From Iphione sp. A-MEVVRFRX5 (taxonomy: Eukaryota), in NCBI GenBank assembly GCA_976226885.1, contig OZ320322.1, positions 29,016,001-29,080,000 on the forward strand: 64,000 nucleotides of DNA. Direction: 5' to 3'. The notes beneath the pieces were generated by a model that saw nothing but the letters and a program-made list of their open reading frames with translations, made no database searches and was not told the origin of the DNA. The translations under genes were made by a program, and so were the position numbers. The number at the start of each line of letters is the position of its first letter. Within the stretch, counting starts at the first letter, position 1. This document shows, in pieces, positions 27,446-41,300 of the stretch.

Positions 27446-27786
27446 GGCAAAAAAATAGGTGTGTTTCTGGTTACCCACCCCATCTAGTAAAACTTCACCC
27501 TACCTAAACATTTTTGTCCCCAAAGAGTTTCCAAGAATGAATTTCCTTAGATACATGTACATGTTTTCATAGCATGTTTTTGATAAATTCGATAGAAAAA
27601 CACCCAAATCAATGGAAATTCAGCAAAAAACTGTAAAACTCATGCAAATTGGTCAAAATTCTTCATATTGTCTTTATTATTATTGAAAACCAGAGGAAGA
27701 AAGTGGGGAAATTTTTTTTTAAAAAGATACCCCCCCTACCTAGGTTTTTGGCTGATAGTAACCAGAAACACACACCTTTTTTGGCC
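27446..27786. mobile_element. PIF/Harbinger-like MITE (same family as 17518-17845)
   Basis: Ends GGCAAAAAAATAGGTGTGTTTCTGGTTAC / GTAACCAGAAACACACACCTTTTTTGGCC, with TAA on both flanks. Confidence 0.8.
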
Positions 27787-28134
27787 TAAGAGTAATTAAG
27801 ACTTGTTTTAGCGATCATCGTGCCATACAAGTAGAGTTCTTAAAGAAACAGAAAGGCAAACCTACAACAAGTACCCAATATAGAAAATAGACATGCTGGA
27901 AGAGCATGACCTTATTTTTTATGACTGGTCTCATTTCTTTGAAAACAAAGACTCAATTTATGGACACAAGTGTGCTTTGCATGATTTTCGAACATTTGCG
28001 AACGGTTTTCGAACATTTTCGAATGATTTTCTAACAATTTGCTAGAACTCCCATGAGGCAACAAACCTGCAATCATGCAACCAACCTCCCAGAATGCACC
28101 GTAAAGGGCCAGATTTTCCAGAACGATGCCTTTT

Positions 28135-28142
28135 TATATAAG
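28135..28142 (+). promoter_or_regulatory. Candidate TATA box of the SLC17-like gene
   Basis: TATATAAG about 90 nt upstream of the inferred ATG at 28231. Confidence 0.35.
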
Positions 28143-28230
28143 TAGTGTAATAACTGATTAAAAGAATTTTTCTAGCATTATGCAAATTTCCCCCTATTAT
28201 ATACTGAAGACCACAAGAAAGGGAATTTAG

Positions 28231-29217
28231 ATGGGTATGTCCTGAGGCTCATACACCTTTACAGAACGTAACCACTGCTTCAAGAAACCAAATCAGTATA
28301 GAGATACTATCAGTTTTAAATGTTCGAAGCAGTTCTACCATAAAGTTCAATTAAGCCTAAATACAGACAAAGGAAATTTTTATATTAGGAGTATTGGAGA
28401 CCCTAAGAATGACCCCCAAAATACTGGAGTTAGTAGTAAATGCAAAGGGTCATAGTGTTATACTGTCAGTTGATGTACCATGATAATATAGCTTATTTAA
28501 AAGGCTTTCATCTTGACCTTTATCTAGAGTCTACCAGTGAGAGGCACCGCTTGATAAAGGAGACGGGAAGCGTGCCATGGGTGCGGACTTGTCGTTTCCA
28601 GTTGGCTATGCTTTCCTTTCTGGCGACCCTCAACTTGTACCTTGTGCGTGCCAGCATGAGCGTGGCAATAGTCTGTATGACCTATGATTCGAATGTAAAT
28701 ATCACACAACTAATGATTCAAATGGAGCAGCGTTTAAACGACTCCGACCCCTCCTTCGTAAGTCCAGAGGACACGAGTAGCAACCAAACGCATACAAATG
28801 GGAGAGGAAGCCAGGATTTCACGAGAGCAACTGAGTGTCCTCCAGTGATAGATGGAAAGATGCTCCTGACAGACATGCAGAATGTAAGCAATTCAGCCTA
28901 AAATATCAGATATTTTGTATGATACAGGTGCGTAACTGGGCTATCCGTAGGGGCACTTTCCTTCTACCATAGGTAGAAGTATAATTGGTCCCAACCTGTA
29001 ACTTTCTAGCGTGTGTAAACATTGTTCTGGTCATAACTTTACTTTTAGCTTTTTTCAAAAACAAGATCGTCCATTATGGACGAGGCCCAAGACTAGGGGA
29101 TCCAAAACCTAAAATGCTGGCGAAAAAGCAAAGAGAAGGTGAGTGAGAGAAAGCGGAAAAGAAAGGGATAGGAAAGGGCTCACAAAATACATGTATTGTC
29201 TAAAAGTTATGTCGCTT

Positions 29218-29286
<69 letters not shown>

Positions 29287-32200
29287 GCTCTCTCTCTTGT
29301 TTCTCTCTTTCCGCCTGTCTCGCTCTGTCATTTCTCTCAAATATTCTGAGCCTGTTGTTTCCACCCAGGTGGAATGACAGTCCTCTGTGAATGGCAGACC
29401 TGTGTCGGGTTGCGGGCCTGTCTCATTGACCTCCTCTGACCTACAAAAGTAGGACCTCTCGCTCGCAGAAATGTATGTATGCTATTTGGTGACCATTGAA
29501 ACACGACTTATGCAGGTACATGTATAATCCTTAAGGACTTAGATGTCTTGTACTCAGTGCAAACGTCATTGTTTTTATATCCCAACATTTTCTTTGTGGT
29601 GATACCCTTTCAAGTTTATAGTGCTTTCATTATGCATACTTTCAAGATGGAACTGTTCCCATGGCCACGATGGGTGCGAGGGTGGATCTTAGCTTCTTAT
29701 TATATCGGCTACCTCATCACACAGTTTCCAGCTGGCTGGATGGCAACTAAAGTGGGAACAAAATGGCCCCTGTTCTTCAGTAAGTACCTGCTCCTCAAAC
29801 GAATTCTGAACATCAAGTTGACTTCCGCTGACCTTCAAAAGTAAGTACTTCCGCTCGTAGTCATGTATATTTGTATACATGTACATGTATACATATCATT
29901 TTGGGACCGCAACCTCTAGAAAGGTTTTCACCTCGATGCGTTGATCTCAGAGTTGAGACCACAGCAGGACGACTGATGGGAAAAGTTGTCATATTTCAGA
30001 CATGCCTTTTTTCATTTCCTATTCGTATTAATGTCCGTTTATAAATGCGCGATGAACGTTTTGAAAACGAACAGCGCTTAGTGAAAGAGATAAACAATAA
30101 TAGATCCGGTTCAGCTTCGTGATGCAGACCGTTACTTTGTTTTACTTAGGTATGGCGTTGACAGCAATGTTAATGATGGTAACCCCAACTATTGCTAGAG
30201 TACATGTTTACCTCCTAATGGTTACACAGGCCTTAAAGGGCATGGTTTCGGCAAGTACTCGTCTCCTTTTCATACTTACTTTCTTAGTTCTATCTAATTA
30301 ATATGCGTGCATGTTAATGTGTTTACGGTGTGGTATCCTTTTGTTTTAAAATTGAAGTCTTAGTATTGATTCGGCATGCTAGCCCCAAAATAAGTACAAC
30401 GTGCTTAAGATGATAAATCTTCAATTCAATGAAGAAAAACACTATTACCTTAGATTCAAAAGACATGGAAGATTAACTTAACCTTTCAAGTGTATATTAT
30501 ACACGTCATAACTGAAATACTTCTGAATTCTTCAGCATAATAATGAATTTGTTTGGTTTTTTTCAGGGCTTGCATTATCCAATGTTCTATCATATGATTG
30601 GTGTCTGGACGCCTCCGTTCGAACGAAGCGTTATGGTCGCACTGTTGTTTTCAGGTAAACCGGTGTATATTTCCTTCCAACTATATACCAAAAACCTGAC
30701 GTATGAGCAATTAAGTATTGTGAGGAATGATATAGACACAGCGTTTTCACGAAAGCCATAAATGTTTCCTTTTCTCCTCCAGGAGCTCCAGTAGGTACCG
30801 TGCTTAGTTCAATAGCCAGTGGTTACCTGTGCCGACATGGCTTTGCAGGCGGGTGGCCGAGCATCTTCTATACTTTTGGTGAGAGCCGGTATCACTCACC
30901 TCCCTTCATATCGGTAGCACGTAGCGCCTATTTAGATAACAAAACAGTGGGGTTGCTTTTCCATATGCTTTTTTAACCGGTGTCAGTCTGAACTAAATCG
31001 GCTGAAGAATCACATACGAGGATTACATTGGAAAAAAAATATCTTACTACGGTTGGTGTCTCTGTCCATCTTTACAGTTTAAGGATTACGTGCCATACCA
31101 AGCAAAAAAATATTGGACCCTAAGATGAAGCATTTATTAAACGGACAAGCTTTAACCCTTTCCCTGATCTCTTACTGTGACAGTCAGAATTGTTCCCTAA
31201 AAAGAGAGCTCACTGTCTTGCTTTTGATGATATTTTGCACATGGTCAGGGATTCTCACTTCGCTGGTGTGCGTAGCGTGGGGCTTCCTTGCCTATGACAC
31301 ACCTGATGACCATCCGAGTATAACCGAGGAAGAACGAGAGTTGCTGGCCCGAAGTCTTGCAACATCTACTCTAGCCCGCAGGGTGGGTGCCTTCTTTCTA
31401 TCCTATGCATGGTCAGTGTTGCATGTAACATATTACGTGTGTCTGTGTATCATATTTTCGGAAGATGTCCAATTCTGCCATGTCCATATCGATGCATTTG
31501 TTCGGAATGGGAAGTATGCTTATGTTCTGAGGTAAAAATTAGAACATGCTGCATGGATACACACATGCATGGCAAGACGGGCAGACTATTCACAAGTGCT
31601 CCACTGCTATACATGCTACATGGGTACATGGATACTGGGGCTTAGGAACTATATAACTGTATAATTAGGATAATCCACCATTTCCCTGATTATGCACGCG
31701 ATGCTTCATTATTAGGTTGTGTTTCCATGAATACAAACTTAGTGCATGCCTGTTGGAAAAAAAATACTTTTTTTCCTGCGCCCATTCCATATGGCGCGTT
31801 TCCATGAGTACATATCACACCAGTAGGATGTTGCAGTTAGGTTCAGTGTCAGTCTCAGGTTTCTCCTGTCTGGTCTGGTCTTTTTGTGAAAATCTGTGTA
31901 AATTGTGTGTTTTATTCATACAAATTTCTTTAAATCGATGCCTGTCTAAATTGTGTAGTTCTTATGCAAATCAAATGCAAATTTAACTGATTTTACACTG
32001 TTCGTACATTCACCTTCTCCCAAGCCTGGACGTAAGCCTAGGTCTGTTATGCGCCATTCTTGGAGTGGGAATGACGTCACAGTGGATGATAATTACTGGT
32101 ACCCTGACCCACATACAGGGCAGGGTGCCAGGTGTGGAGGTGAAAGGTGGTGCACTTCTCTCTTTGAGCTATTGTAGTGTTCAGTCCCATAATAAGTATT

Positions 32201-35200
32201 TGGCAATGTTTTCAATGCCAGTTCTGACATTATCATGAACACACATGTAGATCTAACTTTAGATGAAGTGCTTATGTCAAAATTATTTTTAGTTTGTTTT
32301 CACCAGGCCTTAGTGTTCACATTAGAATATGCAGAAACTCCCTGATTATCACCCACTTTTCACCTCTGTAGTATTTTTGCTAAAATAAAACCTTTACATA
32401 AGGATTTATATTTATTCACTAATGTGACCATTTAGATTAAGGTTAAACCTATGTATTTTCAACAATAGAACCATATGAAGCCATTTAAATCTTAAGAAAT
32501 CAGCTCTGACAGTTGTTTGTTTACATGGTGCTCGCCACAAGTGCCCGGATTGCCGACTTGAAGAATTGAAGTGAAATGTGTGAAATTTGTGGTCAGTGCT
32601 CCTTTTGGACATCACATCACACATGCACCAGATAAATAAATGCAAATACTGCACCCATGGAAACACGATTATATACATGTATTTTATTCACTTTTACTGC
32701 ATGGACAACCACACATGCACTCTACATTCATGAAACCACAGCCTTACACCATCTAAAGGCTTGTATGTGTATCCTTACAAAACTAACTGATTGGTTTATA
32801 AGGATCCTGTACCTTTCCTAACAGTACATGTCAATATCTCCGATTTATAAGGTTTCATTTGAGCTGTTTCCCGATTTAAAATATCATATAGAAAATGGTG
32901 CTATGGATGGGGCTGGCTTCGATATACAAGGGGTATTTATCTGAAATACGAAACTTTTCTATCATTTTGAGCCAATATGTATTCAAGAATATCGAATGTT
33001 TTTGGTAACTTATTCTTCCATCGTGGGATTAGTCCAAAAAGGTACCGTGGAGGGCGATGCTATCGAGCTGCCCACTGTATGCAATCTTCACGGCCAATGT
33101 CTGCTACAGTTGGTGCTGGTTCGTCGTGCTCAGCTCTCTGCCACAGTACATGAAGGACGTGCTGAGGTTCAACATAAGACAGGTTGGGCATCTATCTTTC
33201 TACCTGTCTATCAATACATGTATATATAACTGAGGAGACAGAGCGTCTTTTTTTCTTCTGCATTTCCCCGACTGGCTTGGTTCTTCTTGCTGCGCTCAGC
33301 GAAATTGTCACTTCCTATAAACTTGCCTAATATTACTTCTTTACTCATATGTATTTAGTACTTGATGTCTTTGTGTGTGTCATTTTTTGAAAACATTTCA
33401 CTAACAACTTATTAATCTTTCAGAATGGTATATTCAATGCTGTACCTTACATCACAAACTGGATATTATCACTTACTGGTTCTGTTGCGGCTGATTTGGT
33501 TATTAAACATAATCTTATTGGTAAAACATTTCTGCGAAAAATATTTGAATCTATGGGTAAGGAATAAATATTTTAGATATAAATCTGAGTACTGTCTTAT
33601 ATACTGAAATTCACTAATCACAAATAGCATGCATGCAAACCCATCCAAGAGACGTAATACATTCTACATAAGTTATCAGAAGCCTTTGTGATTATAGGTC
33701 ACAATAGAGAACCATTTTCGCCTAAAAAAAAAGAAAGTGTTGCAGAGTCATTTTTCTTGCAGAACATATCATACAACATCGCCGTTCCAACAACATTTAT
33801 ATTCTAAGTCCATGTGGGCAGATGTTTTCAAATCAAAAACACTAGTATGCACGAATGCGCCAAAACGAATCTAACATGAGAATAAATAGTATCAATCGTA
33901 AGATATCAGCAATCCTTGCCATTCCCAATCAGTATGGCTAGACGCACATGCATGTTACTTGCAGATTTTCCACGGATTCATTCTGGTTGAGTTTCAGTGG
34001 ATAGTTGCAACAAGTAACCCAGCCGATATATGCATCGGAAGACATGCTACTTATTCAATGTGTATTCTCCTGCCTAAAAAATGAACTGATGAACACATTG
34101 TACTACAGGTTTACTACCAGCTGCTGCTCTGGCTGTGGGGACAGCCTTTCTCAGCGACTGTCATGAGAGGTCTGTGGCGGTTGTCCTCCTATCACTGTGG
34201 GTTGGATGTCTTGGCTTCACACGGAGTGGCGCGGATGTCTGCCAAATGGAGTTGGCACCTGCGTAAGGAAATTTCGTTACGCCAGCTTGGACCCATTTCC
34301 AGCGGAGATATAAGATCTGGGATAAAAATCTCCGAGTACAGAAAGAGCGGGCACGGCTGTTTCTCTCAGTCTATGTTAGACTTTGGAAGAGGTGTAGGGA
34401 TAGGAGTGCTTTGGGTTAATTTTCAGGTTGAGTAGAAATTGCACATAGCTTTCATCACATGTATTTCAGAGCTCCCAACAGGGGTAGCGTGAGGACATGG
34501 TACTGAGAAGCAGGCAGTGAGCGGTGAAGCATGACTCTTTCACACTCCCTGAATATACCTTTACACTAGCCCCACTTTACACTAGCTGCACATGTTGGCT
34601 GGGCCTATAGTATGACCATCCTGTAACCCTATAGTGGGCTTTCAGCATCTGCTACCCAGGGTTTTCACGTCTCAACATTACATGGGAGGTGGAGTACTGG
34701 GTTCTCAGTGGAATAATCTCCCCTCGCTTACTTCTGCCATGCTCATTGTACCTACAAGCTTGATACTACTTGTACATCAGTGTCTCAAGCAATGTATTCC
34801 TAGGATTAGAGGATAGCCACCTGATAACACAAACTTTAGGGATATGAAGGCACGCCCTCATCCCACCGTCTTGCTTGCCTGTCAATCATTGTCATTCCTG
34901 AGTGCTTTCTTGATTGGGAGCTGTCACTCTTGAGCAGCGGATCACCCACCTCCCAACACGCAATGAGGTGGGAAGCCCTGATGAGGATTGTTCTGTTTAC
35001 ACCTCTGAAAGTGCACCAAGTATGAATACATGTACTTGTACTCATATGGGTCTTCAACAATAACCAACAGTACCCAGTGACAAGTGAAGCCATGACCTTC
35101 AAACAGCCCTCATACACAGAAGTACATCCTAGGATTGAAGCCTTGAAACCTGACATTTTGCTACCATATTGTGAAGCACCTTGCTCCCCCTTCAAAGGAG

Positions 35201-37707
35201 CTAAACACGAGCAACAAATGAATGAACGCATGTATTTGCATTACTATCTGCTTGGAAGTACACCATAGGAGCACAGAAAATTCAATTTCAATTTTTCGTA
35301 GCATTTGGCTTCTTCCCATACCGGTACAAATTGATTACTGTGTGGAGGAGGTAATGCTTCCTCTCCCCCCCCCCAAACTCCCTGCAGTTAATGGCCTGGA
35401 TATTGCTTGCAATGGTCGATCATGAATTTAGTGACCAGTCATGGGGGATTTGTTGAGAATATTTTGATGCAGTCAGACAATAGTCTATTACGTGTATGTA
35501 TTTTTAACATTCTTCGTTCATAAGGAGATACTCGCTAAAACAATAAGGATACAGAAAACAAGTACAATTCATGATTCCTGATATTCTTCTTACAAGATTA
35601 TGGGAGAGTATTTCAGTCCACTGTATAAATCCACGGTTTTCACAATTCTCTAGTGGAGGGATCAATACCTACAGATACTTATTTATCACTAAAGTAATGG
35701 CCAGTTTGGATTGTTACTTTGTTTCTCTCCATAGATGTATACCTAGTTGTGTTTAGGAGATGATACGTTGTTTTGTCCATTAGGTCCCTCCAAATAGACC
35801 CTACTCCATTTCCGCCCCATCAGTTAAACATAGCTGAATGTTGATCTAATGACAGTCTCCAAAGTAGTACATGAAAGATTACCAATACTATCTTAACAAA
35901 AATACCAACTTCCTGGGGATCTCTCTCATGACAAAATCCAAATACATTTTATATTAACGGTATATCAATTTCACAGTCTAGCAACAAGTCTACTGGTCAA
36001 TGAAAATACATTTACATTTGAAATTCATGTTCCCACTATGAAAAACTTTGGAGCTACTCGTCCCATTTTCTGCCTGAAAGACATAACTTCGTCTTGCCTC
36101 ACCAGTGCCGTAAATGCTTCCTTATTTTTCTTGTAGGTTTGCTGGAGTTATAATGGGTATAGACCAAACGCTGACCACGATTACAGCGATCAGTGCGCCA
36201 CCTATTGTCGCTGCACTTACTAAAGAAGTTAGTAGAATACCATTCATTTAAATACATGCATTGTGTTTACTACATATATAAAGCGTTACCTGAAAGTCGT
36301 TCCAGCTATAAAGTTCCGTCTCATAGTGGTGAGATTTTAGTAATATATATCACTTATTTGATTCATACATATATTTGTGAATGAGATCAAAGGCCGGGTT
36401 ACATACTTGCATTTGTGCATTGCATTGGCATTGCATTGCATTAGGACAGAACATACTGGAACATGGGGGATCTTTTACCGTACATGTGGATACATGTGGA
36501 TACAGGAGTGGTGCGAAGGGCTTGTTTTAATATGTTAAAATAAAGTCATGTGTTTTTATGAAAAAATACACACAACAGAGCAAATAACTCATGGGAAACT
36601 GCACAACAGCGTAGATTACTGTCGAAAACCCACACAAAAGAGCAAATATCTCATTTAAAAAAACAACAGCATACATATGTCATGACGTATGTAGAAATAT
36701 GCACAAGTGTGTGCAATGCCTCACATACAGCCTGCTTCTATTTTATATTCTGTATTCAATTTATGCCTTTATATGCATTTGTGGTACATTTACAGACAGT
36801 GCCTGAGAATCACCAATGCAGTCATGCATACTAATGCAAATGCAGAGCAATGCACTAACCCAATGCATTAATCGGAACACTCTACCAGTTAAAAGTGTGT
36901 TCGAAAAAAAGCAAAACAAATGCGTCAACACAAGTATGGAAACTGGCCCTCAGAAAAAGGATGACTGATCCATCTTTTGGGAGTGAAACTAGACTATCAT
37001 TGAAAACATTTGACATACCTGGGCCTTTTTTAAAAAAGTGGATTGGGAATATTTCTCTGTAATTTAAGACACTTTATCTGTGCTCAACGAAGCAGAGCTT
37101 CCCGTCACAACCAGTATTAGCACTGAACGTACTTGTACAAAAGAAATCGGCAACTATAATAGGCCCATGAGTAGGGGCACACTAGGGGCTCATTCGAAAT
37201 CGACAAAATCTAGGAGTTACGCCTTGATATGAAATACCAGTACATATATAATTATGTATGCTAAATGACAATATTTTAGGTTAATTATTACAAATGTTGT
37301 AATAGAATGGCAAATAGGGTAAATGGTAAGTATTTCAGATCATGCCAAACTCTTTGGAACTGCAGTTTGTAGATGGTAATGATCGTGTTTAGGCTATAAA
37401 TCGGCCTAAAGTGAAAACGATATTGTTTTAATCTGAACAGGGCACCTATGACCAGTGGAAACTGGTCTTCCTCGTTACAGCCGGTGTGGCAACGATCGGC
37501 TGGTTGGTGTTCATACTCTTCAGTTCGTCCGAGGAACAGGACTGGGCCAAGGGCGAGACGCCCCCGAGTGCCCCCTACCGGCTGCGCGCCCTGCCCCTGG
37601 TCCTTACCGACGGCAATGGTGCCAGCCAGAATGGCGGCCGTGGTGGCATTCTGCGTTTCCTTAGAAATTTCCTGAACTTTTTCCTTTGGGATATGGTGTA
37701 CAGGTAG
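28231..37707 (+). CDS. SLC17-family (sialin/VGLUT-like) MFS anion transporter, ~568 aa; join(28231-28234,28528-28883,29647-29779,30150-30250,30567-30654,30783-30878,31249-31382,33033-33182,33424-33556,34109-34262,36137-36227,37441-37707)
   Basis: All exons are phase-compatible with AG acceptors and GT donors (one GC). Family motifs are YLVRASMSVA, WILASYYIGYLITQFPAG, WTPPFERS, GWPSIFYTFG, DTPDDHPSITEEE, VPWRAMLSS, LPQYMKDVLRF, APAFAG and WKLVF. The 4-nt first coding exon (ATG G|gtatgt) is the least certain part. Confidence 0.9.
29220..29297. repeat. (CT)n microsatellite in an SLC17 intron
   Basis: Dinucleotide run with two interruptions. Confidence 0.95.
29427..29442 (-). promoter_or_regulatory. 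Perfect DR4 nuclear-receptor element (AGGTCA-n4-AGGTCA)
   Basis: The + strand reads TGACCT CCTC TGACCT. Confidence 0.35.
34570..34900 (-). repeat. Second copy of the dispersed TGATTGACAG repeat family (inverted)
   Basis: On -: ATGATTGACAGGCAAGC...ATTATTCCACTGA...AAAACCCTGGGTAGCAGA...AGGGTTACAGGATGGTCATACTATAGGCCCAGCC, colinear with 59990-60370. Boundaries are approximate. Confidence 0.65.
36392..36948. mobile_element. MITE related to the GGCCTGGTTTCCATAC family
   Basis: Ends GGCCGGGTTACATACTTG / CAAGTATGGAAACTGGCC. The TSD is not preserved. Confidence 0.55.
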
Positions 37708-38337
37708 CTGTCGTCAAGAAAAAAACCTACCTGTACATGGTGTCCTACAACAGTATCCCGGATTTAGGGTATGAAGCAACAATTTTTTTTAAAACATAAA
37801 TGATGGGTTCGTCAGGCAGCTCGTATGTTCAAGACAAACGTTTACCTGCGATATTCATTTACGCACTAGGCAGATAATCAGACCATCATCTCTTTATGAC
37901 TTCAGAAGTTGCCTAGTGTCTAAGCTCCCGTTGATCATGTACTTGTCATTACGAAGCATGTGTAACGAATGCAGGTGAGCAGAAATATTAGTTATTTCTC
38001 TACAAAAGGTAATCATTAAGCTATAGGCGACAGAAATAAAAGCTCGGTAAGGAGGACAGCAAAACCTGTCCAAAAAAGGATTATAACGCAGTGTTCAAAT
38101 GAGGCACTTATTGTGCTAATAAAACGAATAAAAGCAGATCTTTTGTCTGTTTTATTTCCAGCTTCCTTCAAACCAATCGTGGACCACTGTCTTGTAGAAA
38201 TACACGCATGGTTTTGGCTGAAGATGTAAAAAAAAGTCATCGTATTCATATCATTAAGCAAATTTTCAATTCAATAAGATAATCGTTTCGTTGAAAAAAA
38301 AATCCTTATCATCTCATCGAACGTTTGGGTTCCCTTG

Positions 38338-41300
38338 TCACTTTTTCACAATGGTCCTCGCGATTAGCTCTTTCATTATTTCATTTGTACCACCATATAT
38401 GGTTTGGACGCGAGCGTTCACATACGCCCTGGAGATGCCGTACTCCCACATGTAACCCCAGCCTCCGTGGAGCTGCACACAGTCATAGGCCACCTTGTTC
38501 TGTAGATCTGAACACCTGAAGATCAAACGAAACGTGAGGTTTCTTTTTAAAATCATCACAATGGTAGAGATAAGATTTTTTAAATTGTAGAACTTTGGCA
38601 GAGCCTGTAAGCCACTACATGGTGTTCATGTATCCTTCTGGAATGTTCATCACTAATTTCCGAATCGTGGAATGAGGAGACATAAAGGTGATAAAGCCTA
38701 TATACACCGCTCTTTATGGACAGTTTAGGGTCAGTCCTTTTGCTATCCGTAGTAGAGACGTTCCGCTGTACATGTATTAGGCACAACTCTATAGTAGGCC
38801 TATATATGTGTATATTTTAAGTTGAGGAGCACTTTTAAGACGCATTGTTGTCTATATTTTGCAATGATGGTAAACCTAGACCAAACTAAGTACATGATGT
38901 ACATGCACATATAAATATAACATTCAAATCTAGCGTGATCACGAAGGACCTGGTATTTTCTTTATGGGTCTTTCTAAAATTGGTTTGGTTGTCATTGGCT
39001 TACCAGTACTTGGCCATTGAGGCCAGGTCAGCCGAGAGCCTATGGTCCCTCTGAGCGATGATGCAGTCGTCGACAAATGATCGAGCCACACAAAGAGATG
39101 TCTTCATCTCAGCCAGTTTATGTTGGACGGTCTGGAACAGGCGATTTGAAAACATTTCGATATGCAAATTACGAGTGGCTAACTTCAACTATGTTTAACG
39201 TACCTGTGACGTATCACAGAGGAGGCCTACTTAAGGCAGCAGCTTTATTACGTCAAAATGCGAACGGATTCACTTGGAAATATTTTCTTCTTCATGTTTG
39301 TATTAACTCACTAGAGAGAACCATCCTCAGTGTGGACAGCTGAGACCGACCTCGGCTCTCTGTCTGAGAATGTTGGTAAACGCATGAGCTACCTGTAGAT
39401 CGGCGATGGTCCTCTTGAAAGCCTTTCTCTGTCTGACATATTCACGTGTCTCTTCAAACATCCACTCGGCAGAAGCCAAACCCAGATCGGCGATCTCAAG
39501 CCTCTCCAGGGGAAGCTCTTGCATCAGGTAGTAGAAGCCCCTGTTCATACCTTTCTCACCGCCAAGGATCGAGGAGGTAGGCAGCCTCACGTCGTCAAAG
39601 AACAGCTCTGCTGTGTCCTGTAATATAGATAAATAAGAGACATTCTCCTCTAGATAATTTAAATGCTGAACGAGCCACAGTGTTGTCCAGTGTCGATATG
39701 CTCTATACATGTATTATGCAAATTCGTCGTGATGACTATGTTAGGTGAATGGGCTGTGATGTGAATGGACTATAAGTGATCAAACTTAGGTTAAGGCAGT
39801 GCATTTAATATAAAATGTGTGTTATTCATGGATTTTATTCAGAATGAAATATAATATTTGTTTATGTGTGATGGTATGAAAGAATTCTTCATGTAAACTA
39901 TATGGTTACTTCATTACACAGTAGTTTCCCAGCTAAATAACGTTAACAAAATAAGTCCGCTGCAAGCATCCATTATCCATATATGGCATGAGCGCTTACA
40001 CCAAGCAGAAATAGAGGTTATCTGCCTACCAAAAACGAGAGGTTCTCACAAAAAAAGTCACAAAATCTACTAAAACGATCTTGTAGCAAGAGGTTAGTAT
40101 AGTTTATATTATCTAAAAAATGAAAGTCCCACACTAAGTAAAACTAGACCTACAGCCCCTAATCAGGCCACCCTCGGTTCTTTCTCAAGCTGTTCTGAGT
40201 TCAGGCGGGTCCCTATTAAAGAGTTATTTAAATATACATGAAAAATACAGGAAGGGTAAGTAACTCGGTAAACCCATCAACATTCTAGTCATGTCATAAA
40301 TTTGAAGATCATTTTTGGTCGAACCAGGCCTAAAGTCATCATTCGGAACGAAGTCCAAAGACATGATTTGAACTTCAAGAATGGTAGTTAAAGTCTGGTC
40401 TTTAACGGATTAATCTATACACTCTATGTAATCAAAACAGATACTTAGGTTCCAGTCGAGTTACAATACTTTATTGCAAAGCTGGACAAACCTGTGCTTT
40501 CATTCCCATTTTCTTAAGTTTGCTGCCCTTCTTGAAGCCTGGCATGCCTTCCTCCACAAGGAAGAGGGAGATTCCATGAGCAGCCGACTTTGCCTCAGGG
40601 TTGGTTAGAGCCACAACAATAACAACATCAGCAAGCCATCCATTTGTAATGAAGACCTTGCTACCATTTAGAATCCAGTCATCTCCATCACGTTTGGCAT
40701 ATGTCTTGATACCCTGAAGATCACTAAAACAATGATTTGATTTTATTGAAAAGTTTGGTTCAAAAGGAGTGAAGTAGAATGTGCTGTCTGGTCAAACGGA
40801 TAATATATAGTCTGCCTCCACCACATGCCGTGTGATCCTCATAGAAATCCCATCTTGAATAAGAGAGCTAAAACTGAAGTCATCTGTTATGTTTCACATG
40901 AAATTTATTACTTTAAAAGAATTTTCTGTATCCGACCAGGTCCGATAAACGGTATCGAACTGCATGACCAGACTTAGGTAGCTCGGGAATGTCAGAAACA
41001 CATGTAGATGCAATTGGACACGTACCTCCCTGCCGCTGGTTCAGTCATAGCTATAGCTCCGATAAGCTTTCCCTCGGTCATCTTGGGGATGAACTTCTCC
41101 ACTTGCTCTGGTGTGCCATAATTAGATATGTACGGCATGACGATCTCGGAGTGCAGAGGAAAGCCACACCCGGCGTCATTGATGTAGCCCCTAAAGGGAC
41201 ATTTGGACGCGTGGAAAATCATATCGTGTGCAATGATGTAATATTACAAGCGATTATAACATTTGAACTGGTTTTAGTTTTATAAAAATTATCAAATTTC

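Larger units (their letters stand above)
26499..27900 (+). mobile_element. Degenerate LINE APE endonuclease domain split by two MITEs
   Basis: MKSDQLQDIQLNIRSI...KPDMVILTETWLD, ESVWLKV, EDLNVD, LIQIIKEPTRIT, and FSDH (27810-27818) occur in the expected order. Confidence 0.8.

Noticed and set aside
28440-28527. Track ORF start MQRVIVL... as the SLC17 N-terminus
   Set aside because: A good acceptor at 28527 and an upstream ATG G|gtatgt exon explain the frame better. This stretch is probably intron read-through, though that is not excluded without cDNA.
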